Shown here: positions 12,969 to 25,814 of the stretch, in pieces
Layout: each line of letters opens with the position of its first letter
Position numbering within the stretch: position 1 is the stretch's first letter
Assembly (NCBI GenBank): GCA_018398765.1
Contig: JAHBMJ010000382.1
Coordinates: 1-48,776, forward strand
DNA length: 48,776 bases
DNA from: Chromera velia
Lineage: Eukaryota
Direction of reading: 5' to 3'
The notes under the pieces: generated by a model
Database searches by the model: none
Told to the model about the DNA's origin: nothing
Seen by the model: only the letters and a program-made list of their open reading frames with translations
Translations under genes and position numbers: made by a program

Positions 12969-15070
12969 CTATCCCCCCCCCTTTCTGTTTATCTGCTGGT
13001 GTATTCTGCTTGCAAGTACTTCGAAGAGTCTGCCAACGTTCTCTCCGCTCTTCGCTGAACATTCTACAAAGGTCATGTCATTCTGTCTGCAAAACTCACG
13101 GGCTTCTTCAGCGTCTACTTCCCACTCAGACACGTCGCATTTGTTTGCAGCCACAGCGAGGCAACAGTCAGGCGGGCCCTTCTCTCGCAGCTCCTGCACC
13201 CAAAACTTCACCGCCTGCCAAGAAGGCGCGTGGCTGCACGCATTGCATAGCATAGCATTTCCATTGAAGACGTACGTTTGTTTTCAAAGGTGTTTGTTTG
13301 TTTTCTCTCCAATTGGGCAGAAAGAAACCACAATGCAAAGACATCAGAAGAGAAGGGGGCATCTGTGCAATCAGAATCCATATGTGGGGTTGCCACCAGA
13401 AAGGAAGCAGGGTTGCAAAACAATCAACGATTAGCCCGTAAAAGGCAAGCATGCAAGATGGGAGGACAAGCACGCATGCACACACACAGCACGCACGCAC
13501 CCGCACACACAGACAGAGAGCGAGAGAGAGGCGCGGCAACAGATACCAAAAAGAACTCCGCGAAGCCAGACAGGTGGACAGGGAACGGACAAAGAAACGA
13601 AAGCAGAACGCATTTCTTTCTCTTCATCGTTGTCTGCATGTGCATTTTCTCCTCTCCCTCTCTGATTGTATTAATATGTGTGTGGAGGAAGCAGACAAAT
13701 GAATAACGGGTCAGTGGGAGCGCAGACATGAAGTCGCTTGCAAAGTCCATGGTGCTCCAACGGTCTGACTCTGTGTCTTCCCTTTTGTTTGTCTTCAACC
13801 CCCCTAGGGGTCCTCCCTTTGTGTGTCGCTGTGTGTGTGGGTGTGAGTGCGTCAACCCCCCTAGGGGTCCTCCCTTTGTGTGTCGCTGTGTGTATTGGTG
13901 TGGGTGCGCGCGCATCCATCTAACATGCATACCGGCCCGATACAGGACCAGAGAGACACTAAAGAGAGATCTACCAGTCTGTCGGCTTGTTTGTCTTTCT
14001 CTGTGTCTCTTTGTTTGTCAGTCTGTCTACGCTTCTTTCTCTGTCCGGCAGTCAGTCTGTCTACACTCTTTTCTCAGTCCGGCAGTCAGTCTGTCTACAC
14101 TTGTTCCTCTGTCCGGCAATCAGTCTGTCTACGCTCCTCTCTGTCTCCGGCAGTCAGTCTGTCTACGCTCCTCTCTGTCTCCGGCAGTCAGTCTGTCTGT
14201 CAGGTTCCCGGAGTACCTGACTGAATGATCAAAATGCCTACACGCTGTGCGGGCAATACCAGGATCAAAGGAAGAAACAAATGGAAGGGCGTGATCAGAT
14301 GACCAATGCACCCACCTGCAGTCATACACAATCACCGCCCCAGCTGCGTCTCGGTAGTATAGAGGAATCATGGCTCGGAATCTCTCCTGCCCCCCCGTGT
14401 CCCACAAATGGATTTTCAGTTGTTTTCCATCCGGAAGCCGAACCAGCTGTTGGAGAAAAGCAGCGCCTATGGTGACCTCATGAAGGTTCGTGAAGCGTCC
14501 TTGGCAAAAACGGAGGGCAAGGGAGGACTTGCCCACACCCGAATCTCCCAGCAAAACGATTTTGGCATCCATGCTCCCCCCCTCCCCCCCCCCTCCTTTG
14601 CGATTCGCTCCATCACCCCCTTGTGCGTAACGCAGCCTTTCGGGGTCTGAGGAGGAGGCTCCTGCACCAACCAGCGCACACCACTCAGCGTCCATTGATG
14701 CTCTCTTCGTATGCATGCTATGCGTGTGATCCTGGGGGCACTGGAAGGGAAGTGAAGTGCAGTCAACACACAGGGGAGGGGCTCTGTGCAGTGCATGGAG
14801 AGAAATGGCGAATGGGCGAGAAGGATCCAAATGTCTAGCATCGAAGGCATGTTTGGAGAAAGGGAGGGCATCACCGGAAATCCACAAAGAGAGTCGGGAG
14901 AGAGAAAGAGAGGGAAGTGGAAAGACGAGAAAAAATAAAAGAATCTCTGTTCAAAAGACGGAGTGGATAAGATAGACTGATTTGGGTTGGGGAAATGAAC
15001 GGGCCGCATCTTTTTTTTGGTTTTCCCCCGGGAGTGTTCACTCACCGGGTTTGCTGTCAGAGCATCCCAT
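12969..15070 (-). CDS. RAB5B: Rab5B-type small GTPase (N-terminally acylated, no C-terminal prenylation motif)
   Basis: Exons 15070-15046, 14661-14316, 13233-12969 (636 nt). MGCSDSKP start, GDSGVGKSS, EVTIGAAF, WDTGGQERF, NKCD, ECSAK; ends RKGGG-stop. Confidence 0.93.
13795..13893. repeat. Two copies of a ~42-bp segment containing the palindrome CCCCTAGGGG (Rab5B intron)
   Basis: TCAACCCCCCTAGGGGTCCTCCCTTTGTGTGTCGCTGTGTGT starts at 13795 and 13852. Confidence 0.9.
14020..14200. repeat. Imperfect ~34-bp minisatellite (Rab5B intron)
   Basis: About 5 copies of GGCAGTCAGTCTGTCTACGCTCCTCTCTGTCTCC. Confidence 0.85.
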
Positions 15071-15574
15071 ACTGGTAGTACAAGAATGGTCTTCCGCTTC
15101 CTTCTGACGTACGTGGTGGGCTCTCTCTCTTTCTCTCGGTCAGAATGATCCGTCTCGCTCGATACCGTCGCCTGTTCCGGCGCCCTTCCCAGAAGCTGTG
15201 AGAAATAGACCTGAAGACCGGCAAAGTGTCAGAGGGTTTGAAAGAGAGAAATTGAAAGTTCCGTGTCCCGGGAGAAACACCAAATCATGCACGATCCTAC
15301 AGAGGCTTAGTACGTTGGCTTTCTCTTCTTGATAAAGCCACTGGGAACCCTTTCCTTTCTCAGAGCCAACAAATGTGTGTGGACAGGCACGGACAATCGG
15401 ATAAATCCAACGTCGTTCACGCACGCATTGATCTAAATGCACTCATAGTACAGATGATTGAATGAATCCATTGCATGGCTGGAGGATTCGATATTAATAA
15501 GGATTTCGTCTGTTGAGCTGTCTGTCATTGTCTGTCTGACTCTGTTTCGATCAGATCTGACACTTCGAAAATCG

Positions 15575-15945
15575 GGAGGGCCATGAACTGCGGTCCGCGC
15601 CGCCATGCATGCATCTGACGCAAGCAAGCTTGCGAACGGCCCCGGAAAGCAAGAAAAATGAGAACTGCACGATTGACGCCAGCCTCGCGCCGANCCCCCC
15701 CCGCGGGAAAAAAGCATGCGCGGAACCCCCCCTCCCGGGAAAAAAGCCCGGGGTGGAGATCTGATACCCATCTGACGCACGCATGGCCCAAATTCAGCCT
15801 TTCGGGGCCGGGTTTTTGGCGAAAGACACTGCATGCGTGCACGCGTGGGCTGGGGTATTTCTGTTTTGTAAGTGCCCCCCGCTTCGCTTTCCGGGGCCAT
15901 TTCTGTTTTGTAAGTGCCCCCCGCTTCGCTTTCCGGGGCCATGCT
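15575..15945. promoter_or_regulatory. GC/CpG-rich core of the Rab5B/COX17 divergent intergenic region, with an exact 42-bp tandem duplication (15857-15898, 15899-15940)
   Basis: Lies between divergent starts; contains TGCATGCA and GGCCCCGGAAAGC in both orientations. Promoter role inferred from position. Confidence 0.55.
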
Positions 15946-16156
15946 CAGTCTGTTGAAGACATGTTGAAGACCGTTGCAGAAGTCGGAATTTTCGGCTCAA
16001 CCTTTCAACTTCAACGGAAGAGAATTCTTCTTTCAAATCTTTTGCTCAGAAAGTGCCTCTCTTGTCACCATGGCAAGGTCCCTGCAAACGATCTGACTTG
16101 GAACGATTGGATGAGCAAAAAGTGAAAGTGTGAAAAGAAACAGACAACCATAGAAG

Positions 16157-16408
16157 ATGGGAACGACAAGTTCATCTCCAGCCAGCACTCCCGGCGCCTC
16201 TCCGGGAGTATCGATAGTCCAGTCGGTAAAAATTGATCATTCAAAGTGCGAGAACAAACCCAAGGAGATGAAGCGACCGTGTTGTGTTTGCAGAGAGACG
16301 CGCACAGCCCGAGATGAGTGTATACTGTTGAATGGGGAAGAGAAGTGCAAGGACTTTGTAGAGGCCCACAACAGGTGTTTGAAGGCAGAGGGTTTTGATC
16401 CTGCGTGA
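16157..16408 (+). CDS. COX17: Cytochrome c oxidase copper chaperone COX17
   Basis: Intronless 83-aa ORF with PCCVCRETRTARDECILLNGEEKCKDFVEAHNRCLKAEGF (CC copper site plus twin CX9C). Confidence 0.96.
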   Translation: MGTTSSSPASTPGASPGVSIVQSVKIDHSKCENKPKEMKRPCCVCRETRTARDECILLNGEEKCKDFVEAHNRCLKAEGFDPA

Positions 16409-17139
16409 TCTCTCACCCATTCAGCCGATCAACCAGTCAGGCCTACCTGCCGTCCAGTGAAGTGATCGGTTGGACAGCTGAGCCAGCCCGGGCAGGTTGT
16501 GAGTGTTGAAGTTTTCGGACAGCCAGAGACGGTGAGGTCCCTTGGAGGGGAGACGGGGGAATGAATGTGGAGATGTAGACGGGGTCAAGAAGAAGTGGCC
16601 ATGCAGGTCCGCATGAAGAATTAATGCACTGGCATGATCCATGCAACAGCAGGACCGAGCAGGACCGCTGTTTGGGAAAAGAGGAGAGCTGATGTGCGAG
16701 CAAGGATGAAAGTCTCTCTCTCAGACAGATGGAGACGAGAAAATATAGGGCTCCCTGCTAGGCTCCCTGCCTGCAGGCTGGGAGACGTGCCGGAGGCCGA
16801 GGGGTGGGATGGACGCGCAGGCAACACCAGATGCGTGAACGTGGGGGGGAGATTCCTCCACTGCCCAGCTGCTAATGAGTCAAGGGCGGCAGATCGGTGC
16901 GTGACCCCCGTACGACAGCGTATGTTGAGTCCTGATGTGCAATCAGCTGCTTGCAACGATTCAACCAGTAGCAGGGACCAGAGAACAAGTTGATTGACAT
17001 TGTGTTTCACTCAGTCGGTATGTTTTTGCAAGTGCTGCTGACACTTGCATTCCTCCCTAGATTCCTGAGATCATTCTTCCGTCCCCTCCGGTCAACGTCT
17101 CTAGCACTGACTTTTTCAAACTTTCTGAATGGATGATGG

Positions 17140-17640
17140 ACTTGACTCTTAGCTTGAGTCTATATATTTGACTTTGTTTTATTCACATTTTTCTCATCTG
17201 GGCAAATATTGTACACGCTATTGCATTTAGAAGCAATTTGGACTATAATTTGGACTGAATTTTTGAAAACTAGTTTGAGAACTGGAATTTATGATTGAAT
17301 ACTACAGAGTCGGACTGTTTAATTGTCAACGATTAAGAAACAAAGCCCAAACACTTACTGACACTCTAATTTAATATAGTTGAGTTGCAAGCATTGACAC
17401 CATACAAGCCTAAGCATTATGGAAAGATATAGAAAAATAAAAATTTTTCTTTGAAAGTTTGTTTTTTAAGTACGTTTTCTTTGCAACTTTAACTAATTCA
17501 TACTAATTCGATCATAGTATATTTAAATTAAAGTTTTCTTCAATTGTTTTTACATCAAAAATTACGTGTTTTTCGTTCAAGGTTTTTTTGTTTGTTCTCT
17601 GTTTCCTGTTTCTATTTCTGTTTTCTTTAAGCTTCTTAAG
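17140..17640. other. AT-rich intergenic island between convergent genes
   Basis: Sharp drop in GC, TpA-rich, no credible ORF. Boundaries approximate. Confidence 0.5.
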
Positions 17641-18416
17641 GGGCTACATGCAAATCAGAAAGAGAGAGAAGTCGGAACGTCCACCCATTTGATAAACATT
17701 CCCTCTTGCTTAATTATCAGTTCGATCTTCTTGGTTTTTATGATATTTCACTCTTTTTTGAATTGCGTGGAGGACAAAAAGCCGGCCAGGAAGGAAGCTC
17801 GGTGACACAGAATGAAGACGCACAAAAATTGTAAGAACGGAAGCGTACATAACAAAGGGAGTATGTCAACTGTGAATGCATGATGTGAAAAAGCGGGTAG
17901 ATGGGGACTGAATAAGGTCGCAAACTCTCAATCCAACTCTTAATAGACGATGCTCCTCTCTCTTTTTTCTTTTTTGACTCTGACTGTGAGATCGAATGGG
18001 TTCTTTCAAACGAAGAAAGAACACAAGAGGAATGGGTGGGGGAGAGAGGGATTAGAAGAGATTCAAGGATGCTAGATGAATTTGTTGAGTAAGGGGTCAT
18101 CAAAAAAGAGACCACAGGGGATCGAGTAAACATTGAAGATCGAAAGGAGCTAAGACAGAAAAAACGCTTCTTTTTTTGGCACTCTCCCCCCCCTCTTCTG
18201 TCGACGGTATGAGTAGACCACTCACACCTTTGTTTCGTACAGTTTGCTTTTCATACTCGGCAGCTTCTTTTTGTTCCTTTCTGTCTGTCTGTTTGTCTTT
18301 GGAGAAGAAGGCCACTGCTGTGTCTGAAGTCGGGGACCGTGGAGATGACCCCCTTCCCTCCTTCCTTCCTTTCTTCGCTTTTTTCTCTTCGCTGTCATTG
18401 AATGCTTGTTTGAGGT

Positions 18417-18616
18417 AAAAGAAGGAAGGAAGATTAGGATAGGTCCCTGCATGTTGCTTTCTTTGCGTGTGTCTGTTGTCTGAAATGCCGAATCAAAAAG
18501 AGAGGAGAGGATCGAGAGGAAACCTACAAAAGAAGGAAGGAAGATTAGGTTCTTTGCGTGTGTCTGTTGTCTGAAATGCCGAATCAAAAAGAGAGGAGAG
18601 GATCGGGAGGAAACCT
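18417..18616. repeat. Imperfect tandem duplication, ~90-110 bp
   Basis: AAAAGAAGGAAGGAAGATTAGG...TCTGAAATGCCGAATCAAAAAGAGAGGAGAGGATCG.GAGGAAACCTA occurs twice; the second copy lacks about 20 bp. Confidence 0.9.
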
Positions 18617-18618
18617 AG

Positions 18619-19669
18619 CTAGAGAAGCATGAGACTCTCTGCGACGAAAGAGCCCCCTTCTTCCTCCCCCTGTTCTTCGTCTCCCTCCTCCTCCTCTCTG
18701 TCCTCTTCCTCTTCCTCACTGCTCCCTTGTGCCTCTTCCTGCGACTCATCACCTTCCTCGCAATACGAGATCACCGACATCTTCTGCCCCTTTCCAGCCG
18801 TTTTTCCTTCACCAAGCTCAACGAAGGAAGCACCGAAAGTAGCAGGAAGAGAAAACGAACCTTCTCCTGCAGCACTGTCGCCCCCCTTCCCTGCTGAGGA
18901 CAAGTGAAGGGCCTGGTTGGACTTTTCTTTTTCTGGGAGAGAGGGCGTTTTGGTGTTCTTCCTGCTGGGAGATTTGTCTTCTCTGTTACTGATTTCTTCT
19001 TTCTCTTTCTTACCCCCCTGTTTCTCTTCCTCTCTTTCTGTCTTCTCCCACATTGTTTGGGGGTCACCTCGCTCTCTCTCACACTCGTTCTTCTCCCCCC
19101 CCTGCTCCTTCTCCTCCTCTTTCTCATTCTCGCCATTGTTTATCACGTCCTCTTCCTCCTCTGCCTGCTTGAAGAGCTCTTCATTGAGTTCTTCTCCTCC
19201 AGGCATTTTCATTGTCAGACTCTTACTCTCTTGCAGGTTCCTTTTTCTTCTCTCTGTCCTCCTTGTTCTTCTCTGCTCTTTTTCTTCATCAGTCAGACCA
19301 GCCTTCGGCCGTCGGTAGGAGAAAAAGGAAGCTCTCGACAGCTCTTGATGAGGATTGGCGGCGGTCTCGGAGAGCATCATGGGCGGCATTCTCTGTCCCC
19401 CCGTCAGTAGAGCACTGCCGAAGGAAAAAGGCCCCCCAACAGATCGTGACCTCTCCTCCTCCTCCCGTCGTCTCCGGGCTCTCTCGGCTGCCTCCACCTC
19501 TCGCTTCACTCTCGCAATCGCAAGAGAGTGGCGCACAGACCTGCGAGGAAATTAACAAAGGGATGGATGGACGATGACATGCACAAACAACGCATTCCCT
19601 CTTCGATCCACTCCAAGGTCGAACAGCTCTGAATTGCCACATTCCTCTCTGAGAGCCCCCCCGGCTTCC

Positions 19670-19703
<34 letters not shown>

Positions 19704-20614
19704 GTGTGTGCGTGTGTGTGTTTGTGTATGTCCGTTTATCTATGCATGTGTGGTTCCTCTCTTCTTCCGTTCCTTCTTTTCTTTTTTTTTGTTCGTGAGG
19801 CCACTGACAGACAGGCCTCATGTCTGTTTGTCTGTCTGTCTGTCTGTTTGCTGGCTGACTGACTGACGATCTGACTGACTGACTGACTGACTGGTTGACT
19901 GACTGACTGACTGACTGACTGACTGACTGCCTGACTGCCTGCCTGACTGACTGCCTGCCTGCCTGACTGCCTGCCTGCCTGCCTGCCTGCCTGACTGACT
20001 GACTGACTGACTGACCCATACCCCCTCTGAAAGGATTTTAGTTCCTCGAAGGGAATCAGCTCGCTGGTCTCCTGGGAGGACGTGCGAGAGGAGTTGGGGT
20101 TGAGGTTCGCTGGCTGATCTTGGTTTTCATCGTCTCTCTCATTTCTGTTTTTGTTCTTGCTGCTCGAAACCTCCGGAGAGATTTTCTTTTGGCCAGAGGA
20201 GTCGTTAGACTCTTGGCCGTCCTGAGTGTTTGTCTGTCTGGTGACCGTTCTGATGGGGGTCTCGTCCGTCCCCTCTTGCAGATTTCTCTCCTGTCCCCCC
20301 ATGCGGTCTTCTCCCCTGTTCACACTGTCCTCCTCCTTCTCCCTCTGTTGTTGTTTGTCTCTCTTTCGGGTGGGACCGGAAGGGGAAGAGCGGGGTACAA
20401 TCACCGTGCGGTGGCTCTCTGGCACCTGTCTGTCTCTCTCCCTCTGTCTCCGCACAGATGCGAGCTCCCTCCTGTGAATGTAGGAGGGAGAACGGGGTCG
20501 GGACTGGGTGCTTCTGCAAAGCAAAACAGAGGATGGATCATACCCGAGTGTGTAAGCAATGACTACCTTCACAACATGCACATGGATACACACAGGCGTG
20601 CGTGCACATGATCG

Positions 20615-20669
<55 letters not shown>

Positions 20670-23600
20670 CGGCAAGTGCAGGAGCGGGGGTTGTCCCAGC
20701 GAAACAGAGAGACTGCCTCTACGGTAGATGTCCGTCCGTCTGTCCTGTGCACAGCCTGACTTCTGACTGGCTTAATTCTTGACTGACCGTCTGAGTGAGT
20801 CGAGAGCGTTTGTGACTTCCTTTCGGATTGTGAGTGGCAGCGCGAGGGCGGATGGCACTTGCCAGAATGCCGCCAAGCTAAACGACGGTTCGCCTGCTGA
20901 GGTCGGGGGAAGGGGATGATGATGGCACACGGAGTGACGAAGGCGAGGAACAGAATGGGGATGTTGGGTTGAGGAGGAATGATGAAAATGAGACGAGTGC
21001 GAACGCCCCCTCTGGTAAGTTTTCCCTGTCCCGATCATGAGTGAAGTCCCCTCAGACACCGTTGAGTGCACCCCTCTCCTTCTCTGTCTGGAGTTTTCCT
21101 CCACTTCGTCTGTGCACTGTGGCTCGCTCCCCTCCTCTTCTCCGTCTTCTTCTTCTTCGTCGTCGTCATCCACCCACATCCCCTCTTCTCTTTCCTCTTT
21201 TGGAGGGACCTGCTTGGTCTCTGTCTCCTGCTCTTCCTCCTCATCGGCTGTATTGCCCATCGGATTTGCTTTCTCGATTTCTCTGTGGTCCTCTTCTTTT
21301 TCCTTTTCTTCGGGGGTTGTCTCGCCTGCTGCTGCCGTTTTCATCCCTCCTGCACGGGAGGGAGGGAAGGGGATTCACACATATGGTTCTCCAGAAAGAC
21401 GGTGCATGCAGCGGATGCAAATCAACGCATGCATTTCACTTCACAGAGAGAAACTCGCTTCCAAAGTCAACCGAGCCACTCGCTTCCACAGCTCCATAGC
21501 AAACAAGAAAACCAATGGACTGCATGCAAACGGCATTCGCGTAGATAATGTTCGGATACCAGGGCATTTGATTAAAGACAAAGATCAATCGGTCGATCAA
21601 CCAAAAATGGCCATTCGACAATTGAGAAAGGTCCCGTTGCACCGACCAAATCGGCCCACCGACCTTGGTCCCCTTCCCCTTCCTCTTCTTCTTCTTCCTC
21701 TTCGGCAGCCACTGCGCAGTGCGCGTCCCCAATCATGGAGGGGCACTTTTCCGACAGAGGGGGCAAATCCACGGCTCCCGGCTCGTCTCCGCAGGTCTCT
21801 GTGTGGACTTCCTCGAACGAACCCTTGTCCTCAAATCTGTCTTCTGCATCGGAACCCTGCAACCAAACAAGCAAAAAAGGACGCACACATACGATACAGA
21901 GATATTCAGCACACTTCACCCCACCCACCTACACGGCAGGAAAAGACCTCGACGCAAACATACAATACAAATCGCAAACCTTCGTCTCCTTTCCCTCATG
22001 CAACAAAGCTTTCTCACGTATTGACTGCGCCTGCTTGTGAATCCCCTGCAGCAGTGGACTGAGAGAACTGACAGACAGACATCTAGAGTCGGATTGACAC
22101 GAGGAGCCAGCCCTCTTTTTTTGCGAGTGTGCGAAGGCGAGTAGAATGATGGATGGAAAACCGAAGAAAGAGTGCACGACTGCAATGCCGTGGTGAAAGA
22201 GAAGTAAAGGAGCGCATGAAGTGGAAAGGAAAGGAAGCACGCCTACGGGCGGACCTCGGGGGATCCTGCAGGTGTGTACAGACGGAAGCACTGGAGTCTT
22301 TCCCTCTCCCTCTCCACGTCGCTGTCCAAGAAGTAGTCCAGAGGGTCCGCAAACTGTCGGGGGCAACCTTTTCCTTTTTCCCCTCCTGCTCCTGCTCCTG
22401 GGGTCGAATTTGAGATTTCTCCCTCGGTCTTTCTTGACCGGTCTCTGACTAGAAGGTTGCTTTTCTTGCTTGGTTGGCCCTTCTGCAGTGACAAGCAGGG
22501 GAAGGAACTGTTAGGAAAAGAAAAGAAAGAAAGGAAGAATTGGAGGACCAATCGCGAGTCCGGGACAAACAAAGAGGGGGGGATTGAAAGAGAAAAGATA
22601 GGAGCAGGAGCGCAACAAAGGGATTTTGCGCGTGTTCCTTTTTTCCTTCCTTCCTTCCTTCCTTCCTTCCTTCCCCCATCCCCTCTACGGACGGACCGAC
22701 AGAGGCGCTGAGTTTCGAAAGAGACCCCAAGACTTGCTGCTCAAGCTGTGTGCGCGTCTCCTGGACCTGCAGATGCATGCATGCATGGATGGATGGATGC
22801 ATGGATGGATGGATGAATGGAAGGATGGATGGATGGATGGATGCATGGATGGATGGATGAATGGATGGATGGATGAATGGATGGATGGATGGATGAATGG
22901 ATGGATGGATGGATGGATGGATGAATGGATGGATGGATGGATGGATAAATGGATGGATGGATGGATGGAATGGATGGATGGATGGATGGATGGATGGAGG
23001 GATGTGAGGCGTCGGGGGAAATGGAAGGGAAGGGGGAAACGGTGACGGTCACGGTAGTCAATGGAGGCGACAGGGTGTCCTGGGGGGTCGGGGAAAGCCC
23101 GGTGACCATCGATCTGTTTGTGTGCTCACATTTATCAACGCAACGCGTTCACGTGTTAGATGGGCATAGGAGATAGGGTGGCTGTGTGTCTGATGCATCT
23201 TTGGAAAACTGTTTGAATGCGTGTCCCTGCTAATGTTCCAACATTTGGGAATTCTGTGCGTCCATGAAGGTGCATGTGTGCACAAAGTCCTTTCGATGTG
23301 CTGGCGCTTCTTTTAGGCGGCCCGTCTGGATCAATTCGACGATTGTCCGCCTGGCTGTGGTTGAATGTGCATGCAGCTGTTTGATGATTTCTTTCTCAGC
23401 CCACTCGAACGCTAGGATGAAATGTTGTTACAGAAGAGAATTAGAAAGAAGACACGGGATTCTGTCTGTCTGTTGTGCAAACGAACCTCCACACGAACAC
23501 GCGACGACTCCTTTTCCACCAGCGCGGAGACAATTTCGAAATGATCGTTCAGCATTTGTTCCACAGATCTGCATGCATGCATGCATGAATGAACTCGTCT

Positions 23601-25772
23601 TCTCATGCGCAAAGAAAAGCACAGATATGCTTGCATGCATGAATGAATGAACTCGTCTTCTCATGCACAAAGAAAAGCACAGATATGCTTGCATGCATGA
23701 ATGAATGAACTCGTCTTCTCATGCGCAAAGGAAAGCACAGATCTGCTTGCACTTGTCCCAACCACACAGACCAAATCAATGTCTTCGTGTCTACAGAGGG
23801 TTCAGGAGAGCTGAAGAGAGCTAGGAAACAGACATCAAAAAACAGACTGGTGCATTAGCAATTGACTGAGCAAGGAAAAAATGGAGAAGAGAAAGAAGGA
23901 CCGGCGCAAATGACCGCCCAGAAAGACGAAGACTCGTCAATGTGCAGACAGAATGAATGAAGGAAAACGACAAACTTGGGGCTGCGAAAGAAGGAATAAC
24001 ACAATGGTTGAAGAAAAAAAAACCTGCGTAGCAATTGGTCGCCAGATGACATGGACATGGCACGCACACATGAAGCAGTGTGGACCAGCCTGGACGCAAA
24101 TTTCATTTTTTGACTCACGTCAGCGTGTCTTGACGAGTTTTTTCCAGTTCCATCCGCAGCATTTTTTTTGTCATCGTCACTTTCTCACTTGCTTCTCCTT
24201 CGGCATCCGAGCTCCCTCTGAAAGGCTCTCCATCGCCTCCCACAGGATCCCCCCTGCTTTCCTCTCCCTGTCCCCCCCCTTGAGTGTGTAGTCCGACCTC
24301 TGCAGAGGCGCTCGAGCACGAGAGAGATGAAACACCAGGGGCCCCCATCTGCATCTGCCCCCCTGTGAGGCTCCACAGAGTGGAAGCGCTCTGCTGGGGA
24401 TGGGGAGGATCTCGGGAGGCGTCTGCAAGGCAGAGCACACCCACGCAGGCAGAAAGTCATGCAGGAAACACGAAAAAAAGGCAGGGTACGAGCACGGACG
24501 GAAGATAAAGTACGTTGCGGGACAGGAATATTTTGTGGGCAACCTTTCGTCGTCAGATCATTCTTCCATCTCACACTCACTCCCAATATGCGTCCCCTCT
24601 CGAGAAATCAATCGAGAAAAACAGACCAGAGAGACAAAAACAGGGAAACAGACAGAAATTTATCACCAAGTAAACAAAGCAAAAAGCCGACAGCAAACTG
24701 GGGAAATAGACAGTTGAATAAGAAAGACTGATAGATGGAAGAGAAGTATGGAGGGAGAAAGAGAAGGCAGTAAGGTGGACGCCTGGATAGATGTACTAGG
24801 AAGGGCGAGAAAAATGCGGGTGTGCCTAGACTCGTGTGGAGAGAACAGACCTCCCCACAAACGCATGCAAGTGGAGGAAGTGAAGAAGAATACACGTACA
24901 TGCAGAGGAGAGGCGTTTGAGCAGTCCTCCCTCTTCTCCCTTGTCCTCTTCTCGCACTGCCAGAAAGTTGGCTCCTCCTTCTTCTTCCACATCAGAAGAT
25001 TTGCCAGGCCCCTCTGTTGTCGCGTGGTCGCCCTGTGTCTCAGCTGGGGTCTGAAAAAGGTGCAAACGCATACGCACAGATGGAAGCATGTGCACGTAGA
25101 AACTTGTATTCATGTTTTCTGTGATATTCTTTGTGAACAGTCCAGTGAGCGGATGCTTCAACCGAATCATCTGCGCGCGCCCACATGCACATGCATATTT
25201 ATAGATTTCCGTATACTTGCAAACGAAGGGAGACATCGGGTAATTTTCACAAATCCACTCGCCCAGGTTCATGTGTACCTCGCTTGAGTCTTCCCACCGA
25301 CTATGTAGCTGCTCCATAGCCAGGCTCTCTTCATGCATAGCAATCTGAGCTCTCGGTCATCCAGCCTCAAGCCGAATGCATGTATATGTGTGACATACAG
25401 ACACAGTCCTTCCATCCATCCATCCGTCCGTCCACCTGCATGCATTTCCACCGGACCCTTCAGGAAGGGACTCACCTTGGCTTCGTCTGGGGGCTTCTTG
25501 AACGTCGCAGAAGTCATGAACTGGAGAAGAGGACTGTCGAACATCTTGCCAGGCTGGTTGCGTTGGGCACGACGGCTTGCTGCCCCGGAAGAGTTTTCGC
25601 TTTCCTTACCGATACGTTCTGGAACCGGTTGGTAGCTTGTGGGGGGTGACCTACACCGAATCCTCTCCCTGTGCAGGTTGACGTGTTTGAACTCCTGTGC
25701 AAACTGCTCCTCCTGCTTGTCTGCTTTGCAGGGCATTGGCTGAGGGCAAATCTGTGCATCGATCATTGACAT
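18619..25772 (-). CDS. Multi-exon hypothetical protein, acidic and low-complexity, no recognised domain
   Basis: A chain of minus-strand open segments bounded by YAG/GT (about 25770-25475, 25345-25280, 25050-24900, 24420-24120, 22770-22700, 22480-22255, 21860-21640, 21350-20790, 20510-20020, 19540-18619). Exact model, start and stop uncertain. Confidence 0.6.
19850..20015. repeat. (GACT)n/(GCCT)n compound microsatellite, intronic
   Basis: Directly visible. Confidence 0.95.
22785..23000. repeat. (GGAT)n microsatellite, intronic
   Basis: Directly visible. Confidence 0.95.
23575..23750. repeat. Three tandem copies of a ~59-bp unit
   Basis: GCATGCATGAATGAATGAACTCGTCTTCTCATGCRCAAAGRAAAGCACAGATMTGCTT x3. 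Confidence 0.9.
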
Positions 25773-25814
25773 CACTTGAATGCATGCAAATGGATTGAAT
25801 CTGGATCATTCGAC

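Noticed and set aside
23575..23750. CRISPR-like array (also 14020-14200)
   Set aside because: Head-to-tail repeats with no unique spacers, no cas genes, and a eukaryotic intron context
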